In this document: piece by piece, positions 41,701 through 55,000 of the stretch | How positions within the stretch are numbered: the stretch's first letter is position 1 | Layout: each line of letters begins with the position of its first letter | Assembly (NCBI RefSeq): GCF_006345805.1 | Contig: NC_043015.1 | Span: 35,092,001 to 35,156,000 of the forward strand | From: Octopus sinensis | Lineage: Eukaryota | DNA length: 64,000 nt | Direction of reading: 5' to 3' | Made by a program: the position numbers and the translations under genes | Notes under the pieces: generated by a model | What the model saw: the letters and a program-made list of their open reading frames with translations, nothing else | The model's database searches: none | Told to the model about the DNA's origin: nothing

Positions 41701-44700
41701 TGGCTCCTGTGCCAGTGGCACATAAAAGGGCACCATTCGAGTGTGATCGTTACCAGCGTCGCCTCACTGGCACTTGTGCCTGTGCTAGTAGGGTGCCAAG
41801 AGCACAATCCGAGCGTGATCGTTGTCAGAGCAGCCAACTGACTTCCGTGCCGGTGGCACGTAAAAGGACACCATTCGAGCGTGATCATTACCAACGTCGC
41901 CTTACTGGCACCTGTGCTGGTGGCATGTGTAAAAAAATTCAAGTGAGGTCATTGCCAGTGCCGCCTGACTGGCCTCCGTACTGTGGCACGTAAAAGGGCA
42001 CTGGCACCAGTGCCGGTGGAATGTGTAAAAAGATTCGAGTGAGGTCATTGCCAGTACCTGACTGGTCCCCGTGCCGGTGGCACGTAAAAAGCACCCACTA
42101 CACTCTCGGAGTGGTTGACATTAGGAAGGGCATCCAACTGTAGAAACTCTGCAAGATCAAGATTGGAGCCTGATGCAGCCATCTGGTTTGCCAGCCCTCA
42201 GTCAAAATCGTCCAACCCATGCTAGCATGAAAAGCGGACATTAAATGATGATGATGATGATATAAAACAACTATTTGTGGCTGGAAAAGGAAACCTGTAA
42301 GAGAAAGGAAACCAAAAATGAGAATTTCAGTGAAGAAACTTGACTAAAAAAGACTGATTAGTCCCAGTTGGTAGAGAAATAACTTGCAAACACAAGTGGA
42401 TAAAAAATATAAAACCCTAATAACACCAGAATACACACCTATTAGAAGAAAAAAAATACAATTTAACATTTTTATAATATTAACTTTTATTTTATTCAAC
42501 AGTTCAGTATTTATCATTTTATTTTATACATTTTATTGCCTCCAGAAAAAGTGAAGAAAATTGAAGAAAAACTTACTTGTTTCAATAACACTGGTTCAAG
42601 GACCGGATCTAGTTCTGTTGTAACATTTTCAAGCAGACATGGTTTCCCAAACCTTATGGCATTCTCAAGTGTACGTAGAAAATCTTTGTCAGAGAGCTTG
42701 ATAACATCTAAGGAATTATCCTTCTCCTAGAAGCACAATAAAATATGTCAACTCACTGATAGAAGAAAATGTGTATGAGAGGAGTTATATCAAAATAAGT
42801 TATCATGCATCAGTCACAGAGAAATCAGGAATAGATTTGAAAAATAATTTAGTAATTAAAACATCACAATTACAGATATATTCAGTGTGTTAAACCTTAG
42901 ATAAATGGCACAAAAAATAAGAATAAGTTGGAAATCTAGTATGAGATATTTATGCTTCAAGTTAGTACAAATTAATAAAATTGTCCTTTAACTGATGTAA
43001 TATTTTTAGAAAAAATACTCAAGTCTCCAAGAGTTATACAACATTATACTAAAAAGATTTTCATTCTCTTCTTTTCATTCTTATAGTCTTTTTATCATTA
43101 AAGGGTATTCATGCCTATATACTATGCTAGACAATAAGCTATGGAAACTAGCTGATGAACAACAATGGTCTAGGAAGTTAAAGCAAAAGATTGGATGAAG
43201 TTAATGCAGTCATTTATTTTCTCAAACCTCTGAAAGTGAGTTATTGGTGAAAATAGAAGTGGGGGTCAAATTTATGGCCAAATGTAGTATTTTAGACTAT
43301 AAGCTTATTTATAATGAGTATTATAGGAGATTTATTACAGCCATTTGTGAAACTAGTTGGTGGTTGGTGGGGGTGATTGATACCAAACCTATCGAGTAAG
43401 TTCCTTGAGGAAAATAAGTAGCTAATCCAGATGTTTTTTTTTTTTGCATATATTAAGTGAAACTGAAGCTGGAGTAAATCAGATTTAACCTAAGGGATAC
43501 CTTGTGGTTTTTAAAATGGCCAAGTCCACATTAAAGAGACAGTAGAAGATTGTTCCAGGAAGAGAAACAGAAAGAGACAAGTTGTAAGTGAAGAGATATA
43601 GACAGGTAAATATTAGTGATTCTGAATAGAGGTCTCATTCTGCGTAAATACATTTAGTCCATTATTTAAACCTTGATCGGCTTTGATCCAGCAGATCTAT
43701 GACCAAAAATGTTTCAACTCTCAATAACCTGACTTTTTATGTATTAGAGATTACGCTATGCAATCTGTTCCTAATTTTAGATAGTAGAATGTAATTTGTG
43801 TGAGAGTTAGCAGCTATTTCTAGCAGGCAAAGAAAACATCTGGTGGCTCTTTTATTGGTGTAATTCAGATGTCAGTAATTTGTGTGACTATTATTTTCAG
43901 AGTATTTCCTTTGCGTTGATTAATATGAAGTACCAACCATTCAAACAATTTCCATCTGGACTGCCAAAGCAGAGAGATTCCTTACAAAAATGACAGCAAT
44001 GCATCTCTAAGGTATGACCATATCTCTTGCACTGGTGTCTGCTCCTTTAGATCTGAAATATCTTCCCCTATAGACATAACAACACTGCCTCGTAGTGCAA
44101 TTAGCAGTCTTTTCAACATTGTGGGGAACATTTCCTTTACGTCATTTTGTTTTGACTGTAACCACAGGCATATCAACCAAAATACAATTTTCTTTATGCT
44201 GGTGCTACAAATTCCTCATGCAGAGCCTCAACAAAAATTATAGATGGTGAAGATGGCTAATAAAGAATTAGAAATCCCATCTGACAAAGACATTATATGG
44301 AGCCCATAGGAAAAACTCTATGTTTTTATAGTGGTGAGGACATTTGTGAAGTTTGGTTGTTCAGGTCTATGCCATGCACCAGATTGTAGTTACACACTTT
44401 TTCCTGGCTCTGGGACAAGAACTGGGGCCCTCCTGTGCTCAGCTGCCTGATATTCTGTGACATGATGAAATAAACAGGATGTTTGTTCTTTCAGACTACA
44501 GTAGCAATCTTTCCATTGAAAAAACTGGTTAAAGTTAACGCTTGCCTTTTGACTGTCTCTTCTAATTAAAGACTTTGGGAAATTACTTCTTTTCATCATG
44601 GCAAAACAACCCAGTCCAATGACTTTCTTCTTCAACAAATATTCTGTCATTTGGGCAGAAGAATAGATACTATCAGTATATAATGAGCAGTCTTGCCTTG

Positions 44701-47122
44701 AGTATTCATCCATCATTTAAGCCACTAAGGTCATTGTTATGTTAGCCTTTTCTTGTTTTCCTGTGCACACCATTTAATGCAGACTTAACCAAAAAAAATT
44801 TATTGCACAGGAGAAATTTGTTGATCAACCAGTGAACCGGCTTATCTTTGGTATATTTACTCAAATTGTGTTTTTTTACGTGCCGAAAAATCAAATGCAC
44901 ATTTTTTTTTATACCAACACACGTGAAAATATGTATTCAGATCAGATAATACATCAACGTATAAAGTACACATCGCTTCAAATTGTTTTTAAAAGGAGTA
45001 ACTAGGAAGTGTTTGTTCACATATAAATAATTAACTCTTGCTTACATTCATTCACACTAGTATTAAATATAGGCCACTGTTTGTAACCACTCCACTATTT
45101 GATGAAGACATGAAGACATGGGAAGGCATACTCAATACAAATATAGTAGGGTCTGACATATTTAATATAGTGAGTTAAAAAATCTTTGATCAGCTATTAT
45201 CAAAATAATTACAAGACAAAGACATTCTAAAAACAACAAACAAGTAAACAAAATTCCAAAAAGATCAGTTGGATACCAAAATGTAGATTAAATTTGTTTT
45301 TTTTAAAGTCAATAAATGAAAATAAAAGACATGTTTCTGGGTTTTTTAGACACAATCAGTGAAATAAACTGATTCCAAAATCAAAAGTTTACACGGATAA
45401 ATAACATTTTTATAATTCGTTTTTAGAGTTGGTTTGCAAGATTCTTTATATGATTTCGTGTGTTGAAGCATATTCTGTTGTGTCTGGGGAGAGTCATTTT
45501 CTTTTTGTGCCTTATTATGTTGCAAGATGCAATGAAAATTATAGGACAATGAAAATAAGAAAAAAGTGGAAATTTTACCGGTGAGTGTGTTACATAATAA
45601 GGCACAAAAAGAAAATGACTCTCCCCAGACACAACATTTTTATACAAATTAAGTAAATTGCTGTGTCTTACCATTGCTTTTATCCATTTATTAGCCTGTC
45701 CCTGTGGGTCAATAAAAAGTGGCCAGCGTCGAGCATAATGTACAATAACTCCATTTTCAACTGACAAATTGTCTTTAGGTAAGCCATTGATTTGCCATTG
45801 ACGAATCAAAACTGGATCACTTAAAGTCGAAATAAGACTCGGATCATCTGTTTGAGGCACATCCAATTCATGCATCTTTTGAATCCAAGAGGAATACATG
45901 GCAGCTCGATATTCTCCCTAAAAATATTTGAAAAAACAAAAGGAGAAACTGCTCATTACAAATAACTTCAAACCTTAAAATTCAGTTGAATCTCTGGGAA
46001 AAGTTTATAGCTTTACTTGCTTCAGTCTATGGAACTGACAACAGATTCTAACATTTCTTTTGCATTAATTACAAAACCCATCCTGGTCTTGCTATCATGG
46101 AAAAATGTAATACAATAAAATCTAACAAATAATAACACTTTGTATTAAGATTCCGCAATCATACATTAGCTACTTATGAAGCCAAATGTAATAAACTTTA
46201 ATAAGGGAAACTTTATATCCAACTTAATGTGAACATAGTGTTAAATAGAATACTGCATTACTTACCTTGAAAAGATCCTTCATACAAACTGATGGTGTGT
46301 AAAATTACTCATATTTATATTATTGACAGATTAGAACCATCTGCTACAGTCAAATCATATGTCTGGGCACCTCAGAGACAGATGAATCTTAACTGTTATC
46401 ACTACCAGGCACCTATCACTGAGGAGCCCAGGCAGGGTGAAATCACAGGATCTGGCAGTTCTGGCAGCCATAGCAGAGGGTTCTCAGTATAAATATGAGT
46501 GCTTTTATGCAGCATGAGTTCATATGAGAGGTCCCCTCTAAATAAATAACACAGTATTCTATGTTCTAACACAACAACCAAGTTGAGTTGGAAATAGAGA
46601 TAGTCTTTTGGTATTAACACTGCTTCTGTTACAATTAAATGGTAATAAATCTTAACAAAACTATTAGCATAAAAATTTATCTGTTTGGCTTTTTTCAGAG
46701 GTATCACATACATTTGAGTAATAAGTTTCTATGGAGATATAAAGACGAACAAAGCTAAAGGTTCAAACAACAGCAGGGAAACGGAGGGAATCTGTAGATA
46801 TCTTCTAATCGTTTAATAGCCATAAACGACACTCTTTGATTAAAGTGTAATATGTGTCTGTATTTAAAGAATAAAGATCTTACTGTAAATGTTCCAAGGT
46901 AGGCAATGTATGCAGCTGATACCATAACATCACCAACCATATTGTCTTGGATTTTCTCATATCTCAATGCTGAAGCTTTCCACCGATTCTTTTCATCTGC
47001 AAGTCCTCCAATTAACTGATTTCAGAAAGGAAATTTGGAATTACATTTTTCAGAGAATCATTTCCTTAGACAAAAGATATCATTTATTTCTATTCAGGAA
47101 TACCACCACCACGACCACCACG

Positions 47123-47153
<31 letters not shown>

Positions 47154-49054
47154 TCACCACCATCATCATCATCATCATCACCACCACCACCATCATCATC
47201 ACCACCATCACCATCATCATTACCACCACCATCACCATCATCATCCATTTTACTGGCTTTAGATGCCACCATTACAGTGCAACATATTTCTCAATACTCC
47301 AACCTTATCTTATTTCAGATATTTTTTGTATTTTGTTTTTAATTCATTTCCCTTACTTCACATCAAGCGTTCTTAGGTCTTCCCATACATTATGGTACCT
47401 TCTACACCTATCCCATAGTAATTCTTTACCAATACATCCCCTTCATTTGCATTCCTTGATTAGTCTTCACTGTAGACATTTTATTTGATTAGCTCTATTT
47501 TGTTTTTTATGTTCCCTGCTTCAAATATGTCCAACTCAGCTTGTTGGACATATATTTAATGGTGTTAAGGACTAATTTAGTCTCAAAACATTTCTGCTTT
47601 TCCACTTCAGCCAGGACATATTACTTGTACACTTACCTATTATCTTATTATTATTTTAGCAAAGACACATGATTGTGTTTCACTGATGACATCACAACAT
47701 TGAAACATTTCTGGAATTAACTTCCATACTCACTGTAGTTCGCTTTCCAATGTTTCTTCCATTAAATAAGTTAACTGGCAAACTCTCTTCCTCTTCCTTT
47801 TCTCTCTCATATATACCAACAAGTTCTTCTATGGCAAGTTTATCAACTTCTCTATGCAGCTGTTTCATTTCTAGAAATAGCAGCTAAATTTCCTTAAATC
47901 AACCTAACCAGTCTAAATAGGAATGGGCATACTGAACAATGTAGTTCAAAATTTAATTAACGAGGATGTTAATGAATGAAGCAGCTTTGTTTACAGTTCT
48001 CCTGGAACAAGGCTAAATATCAGCAATAACATCAAGACAAACTATTGAAAAGATTGCAAGACGCAACAAAAATTTTAGGAAAATAAAAATAAGAAACAAG
48101 TGGAAATTTTACCAGTGAGTACATTATAAGGCACAAAAAGAAAATGACTCTCCCCAGACACAGCAGAATATCAGGACATTTTCTGGTTATAAAATGTCAT
48201 GAATATTTAAATACGTCAACAGACTGAACAAATTAGAGTTCATACTCTACCTTATCTGCTCGAACAAGGCGTGCTTGACACTGCTCACACTTTTCTTCAA
48301 GATCTTTCTTCTTACGCATAGTGTCATCATATTTTGCCTGCAGAGATTCTATGCCATCTTGTACTGCTTGCAGACGTTGTTTGGCAGCATCCAATATTTT
48401 TTGAGTTTCATATAAATCAGCCTGAGCAATTTTCAATGCTTCTCTTTTTGGAGCAACCGCTTTAGCAACAAAGTAATATTTGTACATGGCACGAACCCAC
48501 TGACATATTGATGTACATGCTTTAGAGACCTAGATAATAGAAGAAATTTAAAGGGAAAATGTTTCAAATATATTAAAGTCATTAAAAATGAAGATCAACA
48601 AAAAATTTCCAAATCATACACATATACATACATAAATGCATGCATATAATAAATATTAGGGAATAAATCCAAACTTACAGGGAAAAATCAGATTTAGTAT
48701 TGAATCCAATTTTATAGTAAAATATTATATTATATTAAATTAGAGATAAAACCACTATTAGGCAAATCATACAATGAAAAACTTAAGCCAATACATAAGA
48801 TTATTTAATTTATATTATTTAAATATATAACAAAATTTTCGAGTTACAGTCATTCATCAGGTGGTTTAAATATTTAAACCACCTGATGAATGACTGTAAC
48901 TCGAAAATTTAAAGAAATTAACAGCCATGAAACGATCGTAGTGTTATATTAATTATATTTTTTTTATAATTTTGTTATATATTTAAATAATATAAATTAA
49001 ATAATCTTATCATTGTATGATTTGCCTAATAGTGGTTTTATCTCTAATTTAATA

Positions 49055-49097
<43 letters not shown>

Positions 49098-52000
49098 AGG
49101 TAATGGTGTCATTGAGACCCAAAGGTGTCAGGTAATGCTGAATATAGACAGACCATAGTTAAGTTCCAGGTTCGGTAATTTTGCGAATAAGGGGTTCAAC
49201 ATTGATCATATGTCGGCGTGTGTATATAAGAATTTTTTACATAATGAGATAAAAAAACCAAGGCTGTGTAGATATTAGAACACTTATAGATAGAAGGTCT
49301 TACAGCTGTTTCCAGGATATTTATTAATTATATCCCTTCATCGGAGACGGTGTGAAAGGACGGTTAAGTAATAGTTAATTTAGATGTGATACAAAATAGA
49401 GAGTGAGGTGGAGGAAAGAAAATAGATGTGAGATATGTAGGGACATTGAAGGTGTAGATCCATTTTCTAGGCAGAATGGTATATATGTAAGATTCATAAG
49501 GTATAGCTTAACCCTTTAGTGTTCAGATTATTCTGTCAAATGTGATATTTGTTTGTTTATATTGTTTTGAATTAATCATGCATTATCTTGTAGTTTAGAG
49601 ATTTCAGTGATGTGATTTTTTAGTTTTAGAATGACATGGTAGGGCTGAGGTGAGAGGCGAGATCTGGTCAGTTTCAATATAAAACAGGTTAAATATTTTG
49701 GCCGGATATGGCCGGTTTGAATGCTAAAGGGTTAAAGGGATTTATGTAGGATAAAACTACTATAAAATGGATCATCATCATCATTGTTGTTGTCATTTAA
49801 CATCTGCTTTCCATGATGACACACACACACACATGTATGTACTTAGTATATTCGTAGGTATTGGACATGTTTTTGTCACATACACCTTTTCAATTTTCGA
49901 TACTCATTTTAGATTTGTAGTGCTTCTGTCTTGACATGGTGTATAACAATAATGAAAAACAAAAATGATATTTGTAAAAGGAAATAAAACGTGGTAAGAT
50001 TTGACATGATTACCTTAGAAATAGCATGTGGGGTAAAGGCTTCGTCTTCCATATATGGAGAGATCTTTTTGATTGTTTCTTCTGGAATATTCTCTTTGTC
50101 ATATTTCAGCAAACTTTCTAAGAATTTTCCGGGATCTTGAAGCAAAGCTTTACCTGGCTCCCAGTAGTCATCTACCTTGCTACCCACCTACAAAACAATA
50201 AATAATAATAACAATATTTTACAGGTTTCCAGAAAATAAAATAAAACAGGGACCAAAAAAAAATCTTTTTTTCTATTATGTCAAATGAAAAAAGTAATAA
50301 AAAGTTGAACAGAGTGATTGTAGTAGTTGTAGTAATTAATTATATCCTTTCACTCCACTAAAGTTTCTATTATTTTCATCACTTTTGGTTAAATAAAAAA
50401 AAATATGTAAAAGATACAAAATATTGCCAGTTCAATTAACCACAGCCTTTCTGTTGAAACTTACTGCTTTTGTACTTAAGATGACCTTGACATATGGAAA
50501 CAGTTCATGTACATTTATTTAATTTATATCATCATTGTAATCATCACCATTATTATCATCTGCTCCAGTGTCTTAGTTTCTACAATTGAATGAGTGATGA
50601 ATAAGGACTGGGGGTGGGTGATGCTGAAATAAACATTTCCTCCACCTCAAACTTTCAAATAAACATCAAAGTTTTACAGGCAATTTAAATATATGCAAAA
50701 GAATAAATGATAATACAAAGGAATACTGGTGTGGTGTTAGGTGGTAGAAGAACCTCCTGGTTTTACCAATAAGTTGAAGATACTATCCAAGCAAAGAAGG
50801 AAGCATACAATGTTTGACTTGGAAACAAGCCTCCCCCACACAAACACCACACCATTTTTTTTTTTTTTTTTTTTTTTGCATGCAGAACACTGAGGCACAA
50901 AAGGTTGCATCAGAGACAGTAAAACGTCCAAAATGAAATAATGGGAGGAGTTTGGAGTTGAGATGAACTCAAACTTTAGATCAGCTAATAATGTATTCTG
51001 GTCGACATAGCATCAATTTCATAACAAGAAACCCTTTTCTAAACCTACCACTGAGAACTCAGTTGGAGTTCTCTCTACAGAGAAGAACATCCCTGGGTGA
51101 TAGAAAGAATATTTTTGCTGATCTCACAAAGACTAAAGTCATAGTGGCAATTTAAGAGCTCAGATCTGTCGAGGTTGCTGGAGAAGATGAAATATGGCCT
51201 GAGATGCATGAAGTGTTAAATAGAGAAAGTAGTATGTAGCTGAATTATGTATGCCAGGTGGTTTTGACCCCTGGAAAGACTCCAAAGCAATGGCAATCCA
51301 GAGTGATAATCCTAATTTTTAAAAAAGGGTGACAAGAAAAAGTGCTCTAATTACAGGGGAATCATTTGGTTGAACCACCCCAGTAAAATCTGGAAAAGAA
51401 GAGTAGAGATTAGTCAAGTCGAAGCTCAAGAAATCACAGGCATATTGCCAAGAGGTGTATGCATTCTTTGTTGACCTCAAAAACGTATATGACTGTGTGA
51501 GTGCATGAGCTACTGTGGAGTGTTTTGCAGAAGTTTTTAAAATCAAGAGGCAACTTCTGGTTGCCATGCCCAGATATTTATGCTCAGGTAAATGTTTTTT
51601 TAAGTCAAAAACTTGGCTGATAAACTTTGACAGGAGTATGTATTGTCATTGGTATTGCAACTGGAGCATGTGGAGGCTGCCAGCTAATATTTGCAGATAA
51701 TTAGTACTACATTGGATACACTGAAACTCCGACGTCTGGCAGCTGATTTGGCAGACACCCATAAAATTATTAACCATCTTACAAACAATAACTCTGAGCA
51801 CCTTTTCAAACTCCACCTGTCTAACACCCACAGACATGTTTACAAAGTCAGAAAACAGCACAGCTCCCATGACTTTCAGAAACATTTTTTCACGCTAAGA
51901 GTTGCTGAAGCATGGAACAAACTGCCAGCATCAGTTGTTAGTTGTCGGAGCATTGCATGCTTCAAAACTTCCATGCTTCCTGAGATTCGCCAACACTACA

Positions 52001-55000
52001 CCTGATTTTCTCCCCTCCATACACATGCAAGAATGTATCTGACTCATACACTCTTCACTTTCCAGACATTTGTACATTACTGCACATGCTTTATATGCAC
52101 TTTTGACATGTTGTGGTGCACCTGAGCACTGTATACAATAATTTCATTATATATTTATTTCTTTATTACCTACAAGGGGCTAAACATAGAGGGGACAGAC
52201 AAGGACAGACAAACGGATTAAGTTGATTATATTGACCACAGTGCATAACTGGTACTTATATGGCTACGCATTTCGCCCGGCGTGCTAACGTTTCTGCCAG
52301 CTCGCCGCCTTATAATTTCATTATATATTATATACCTGGTTCATGAGAAGGTGATCTCCAGCATTCACTGAATGGATTTACTGTCAAGTGCTGCAAGGAA
52401 AGGATGAGAATACATGTTGTGAAGACTCCAACATTGGTCCTTTTCAGAAAGTTTTCCAACTGCATTTTGCATGCAAGTAGAGCAGCTCTGAGACAAGTGG
52501 AGAAATTTACATGTCTTGGGACCATATTCACAAGTAATGGGAAGCAGTAGACTGAATTTCCTGCTAAATTGCAGGTGTGCTGTTATAGTAAGGCACCTGC
52601 TCCAGTATCCAATTCTAAGAAGGTAAAGAAAAAAAAACTAGCCATTTTCAGTTTGGTTCCCATGTCTTTCCAATTATGGTCATGATTGCTGGGTAATGAC
52701 CAAAAAATCAGAAATACTAGCAACTGAAATTGGGTTTCTCTTAAGGAACTCTGGAGTAACATCACATACAAGGTGTCTAACTCAAAAGTCAGGAAGTCTC
52801 TCTCAAACAGCTACTTTCTCTTATTGAGAGGCAATGGCTCCACTACTTTGGATACATGGTTAGAATATGGTACGGAAAAATTGCAAGACAGACTTCTCAA
52901 ACTGGACAAATTGGTAGAAGATGTAGGGGTAGACAGTGTGTGAGATGATTGGATAATATATCCATAATCTCAGCTGGTCATGTTTGGGAATGCAACAGGA
53001 AAATGTAATGATGGTTGCTTCGGTTAGAATCTTGTAGAAGAGGTACCTGAAGACACAAGTCTCACAACCCGTCCCAATGAGCAATGAAAATGGATGAATG
53101 GATGGAGGTAGGGATGGATGGATAGAGGGATGGAAGGATGAATGGATGGAGGTAGGGATGGATGGATGGAGGGATGAAGGGATGGAGGGATGGAGGAATG
53201 GATGGAGGTAGGGATGGAGGGATGGATGGATGGAGGGATGGATGGAGGGAGGGATAGATGAATGGATGGAGGTAGGGATGGATGGATGGAGGGATGGAAG
53301 GATGGAGGGATGGCAGGATGGAGGGATGGAGGTAGGGATGGATGGATGGAGGGATGAAGGGATGGAGGGATGGAGGGATGATGGATGGAGGTAGGGATGA
53401 ATGGAGGTAGGGATGGAGGGATGGAGGGATGGATGGAGGGATGGAAGGATGGAGGGATGGATGGAGGGATGGATAGATACTGCAAAATCAAGTAACAAGT
53501 TTTCTGTACCAAGAACTAAATATCCTTATTAGATCTAAATAATATCAGAAATATAAAAAAAGTCTTATTTTATCCAGAATGCATCCCAATTTTAAGATCT
53601 GCTTCTCAAAGAAACCCAACTATTATTAGTGAGTACATATGTTACAATATCTCAAGCAGTGGATATTAGAGATACTGGGTAATGAAATAATTTGCATCGT
53701 TTTCATGAAAAAACTGAGTTTTCTAACCTTTTCTCCAGGAACACGTTTTGGTTTGACAGACTTCATTATGCAGACAGCATCAATGACAAGACGGACGCCA
53801 TCTGGTGGTCTTTGCATTGCTCTCACTTCAACAACATCATTCTTATTAAGTGTTTTTAAACTAGCCAGGGCTTCTTCCTGAAATATTTAATTATTAATTC
53901 CATCATAAGACAAATTAATTTTTAATCAAATATTTTCATTATATCCAAAGCAATAATAAACCATCTTAACTTGAAAGGTCCCTCACCCCACCCCATTTTT
54001 TGTTAATAAATAAAGAACATTTTGTGCAAAATCTTCAATTTTTAGTTTCAATTTGCAATCAAAGTAAAAATGTATTGTGAAAAGCTTTCACAAAATAATC
54101 TATTATGAATTTAGACAAACAAAAACACACGAGAATATATTATACGAGATGATAAAAATATAACTAACAATTAAACATAGTTTATAAATTGCTGTAGAGA
54201 GAGTATCAAAGAGTCACCAATAAATAACAATTTGCAGTTGAAGGACAATATGAAATGTTACTGACTAATGCTGGCAAAGCCTCACTGAGATCTCTCTGTG
54301 CATCGTCTGCAATAGCTTGCGTCTCTCGTGTTTTCTCACCAGCTTGTGCTTCTTCATTCTGAACAACTACTTTGGTTTCTTCACTAACTTTCTAAAAAAT
54401 TAAAAAATTAAAAAATTATGAAGTAAACTTATGGCCTTTAATTATAAAACTTTAACTATGACTAATTAGCCAGTTAACATGAAATTTCATTAAAACAGAT
54501 TGTTTATATTTACAGTTAGGGTTAGACATTTGTATTGTATCGAGTTCTTCATGTGCATTCTAAGTCTAGTCTAAAACATATGATGATAAAATTAAACTTG
54601 TTTCTCATTCAGAAGTTCAAACATAAACATACCACTTGGCCCAATGAAGTTTTAGCTAACATTTAGCTTCACACTTTCCCCTTTCAATCAAGCAAAATTC
54701 TATCAATTCACTACCAACCAAACCACTAATAATTGCTACTGTAATAATCTAAATACTTACTCTTTGATTCCAATAGTTTAGACAAAGTTATTGCATATTA
54801 GTGCTCTATACACACCAACATTCTATCCATTTCATATATTTGACCCACCTGTATCTTTTTGAAACTATGTTCTAGTCAACATATACATAGATTTTGAAAC
54901 TTAAAAAGAAGAAAAAAACATTTTATTTTCTAATTACATTTGGGTTTTGAGATGTAAAAACAAATAATGGTAACTAAAAGTGAAACATTTTATCTAATAC

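Noticed and set aside
41700-42100. Repeat-spacer-like array resembling CRISPR
   Set aside because: Units are degenerate along their whole length, sit inside a dispersed SINE, and there are no cas genes; the sequence is eukaryotic.
48878-48910. CTGATGA...GAAA hammerhead-like core in both arms of the palindrome
   Set aside because: Stem II pairs poorly and no stem I partner follows the putative cleavage site.
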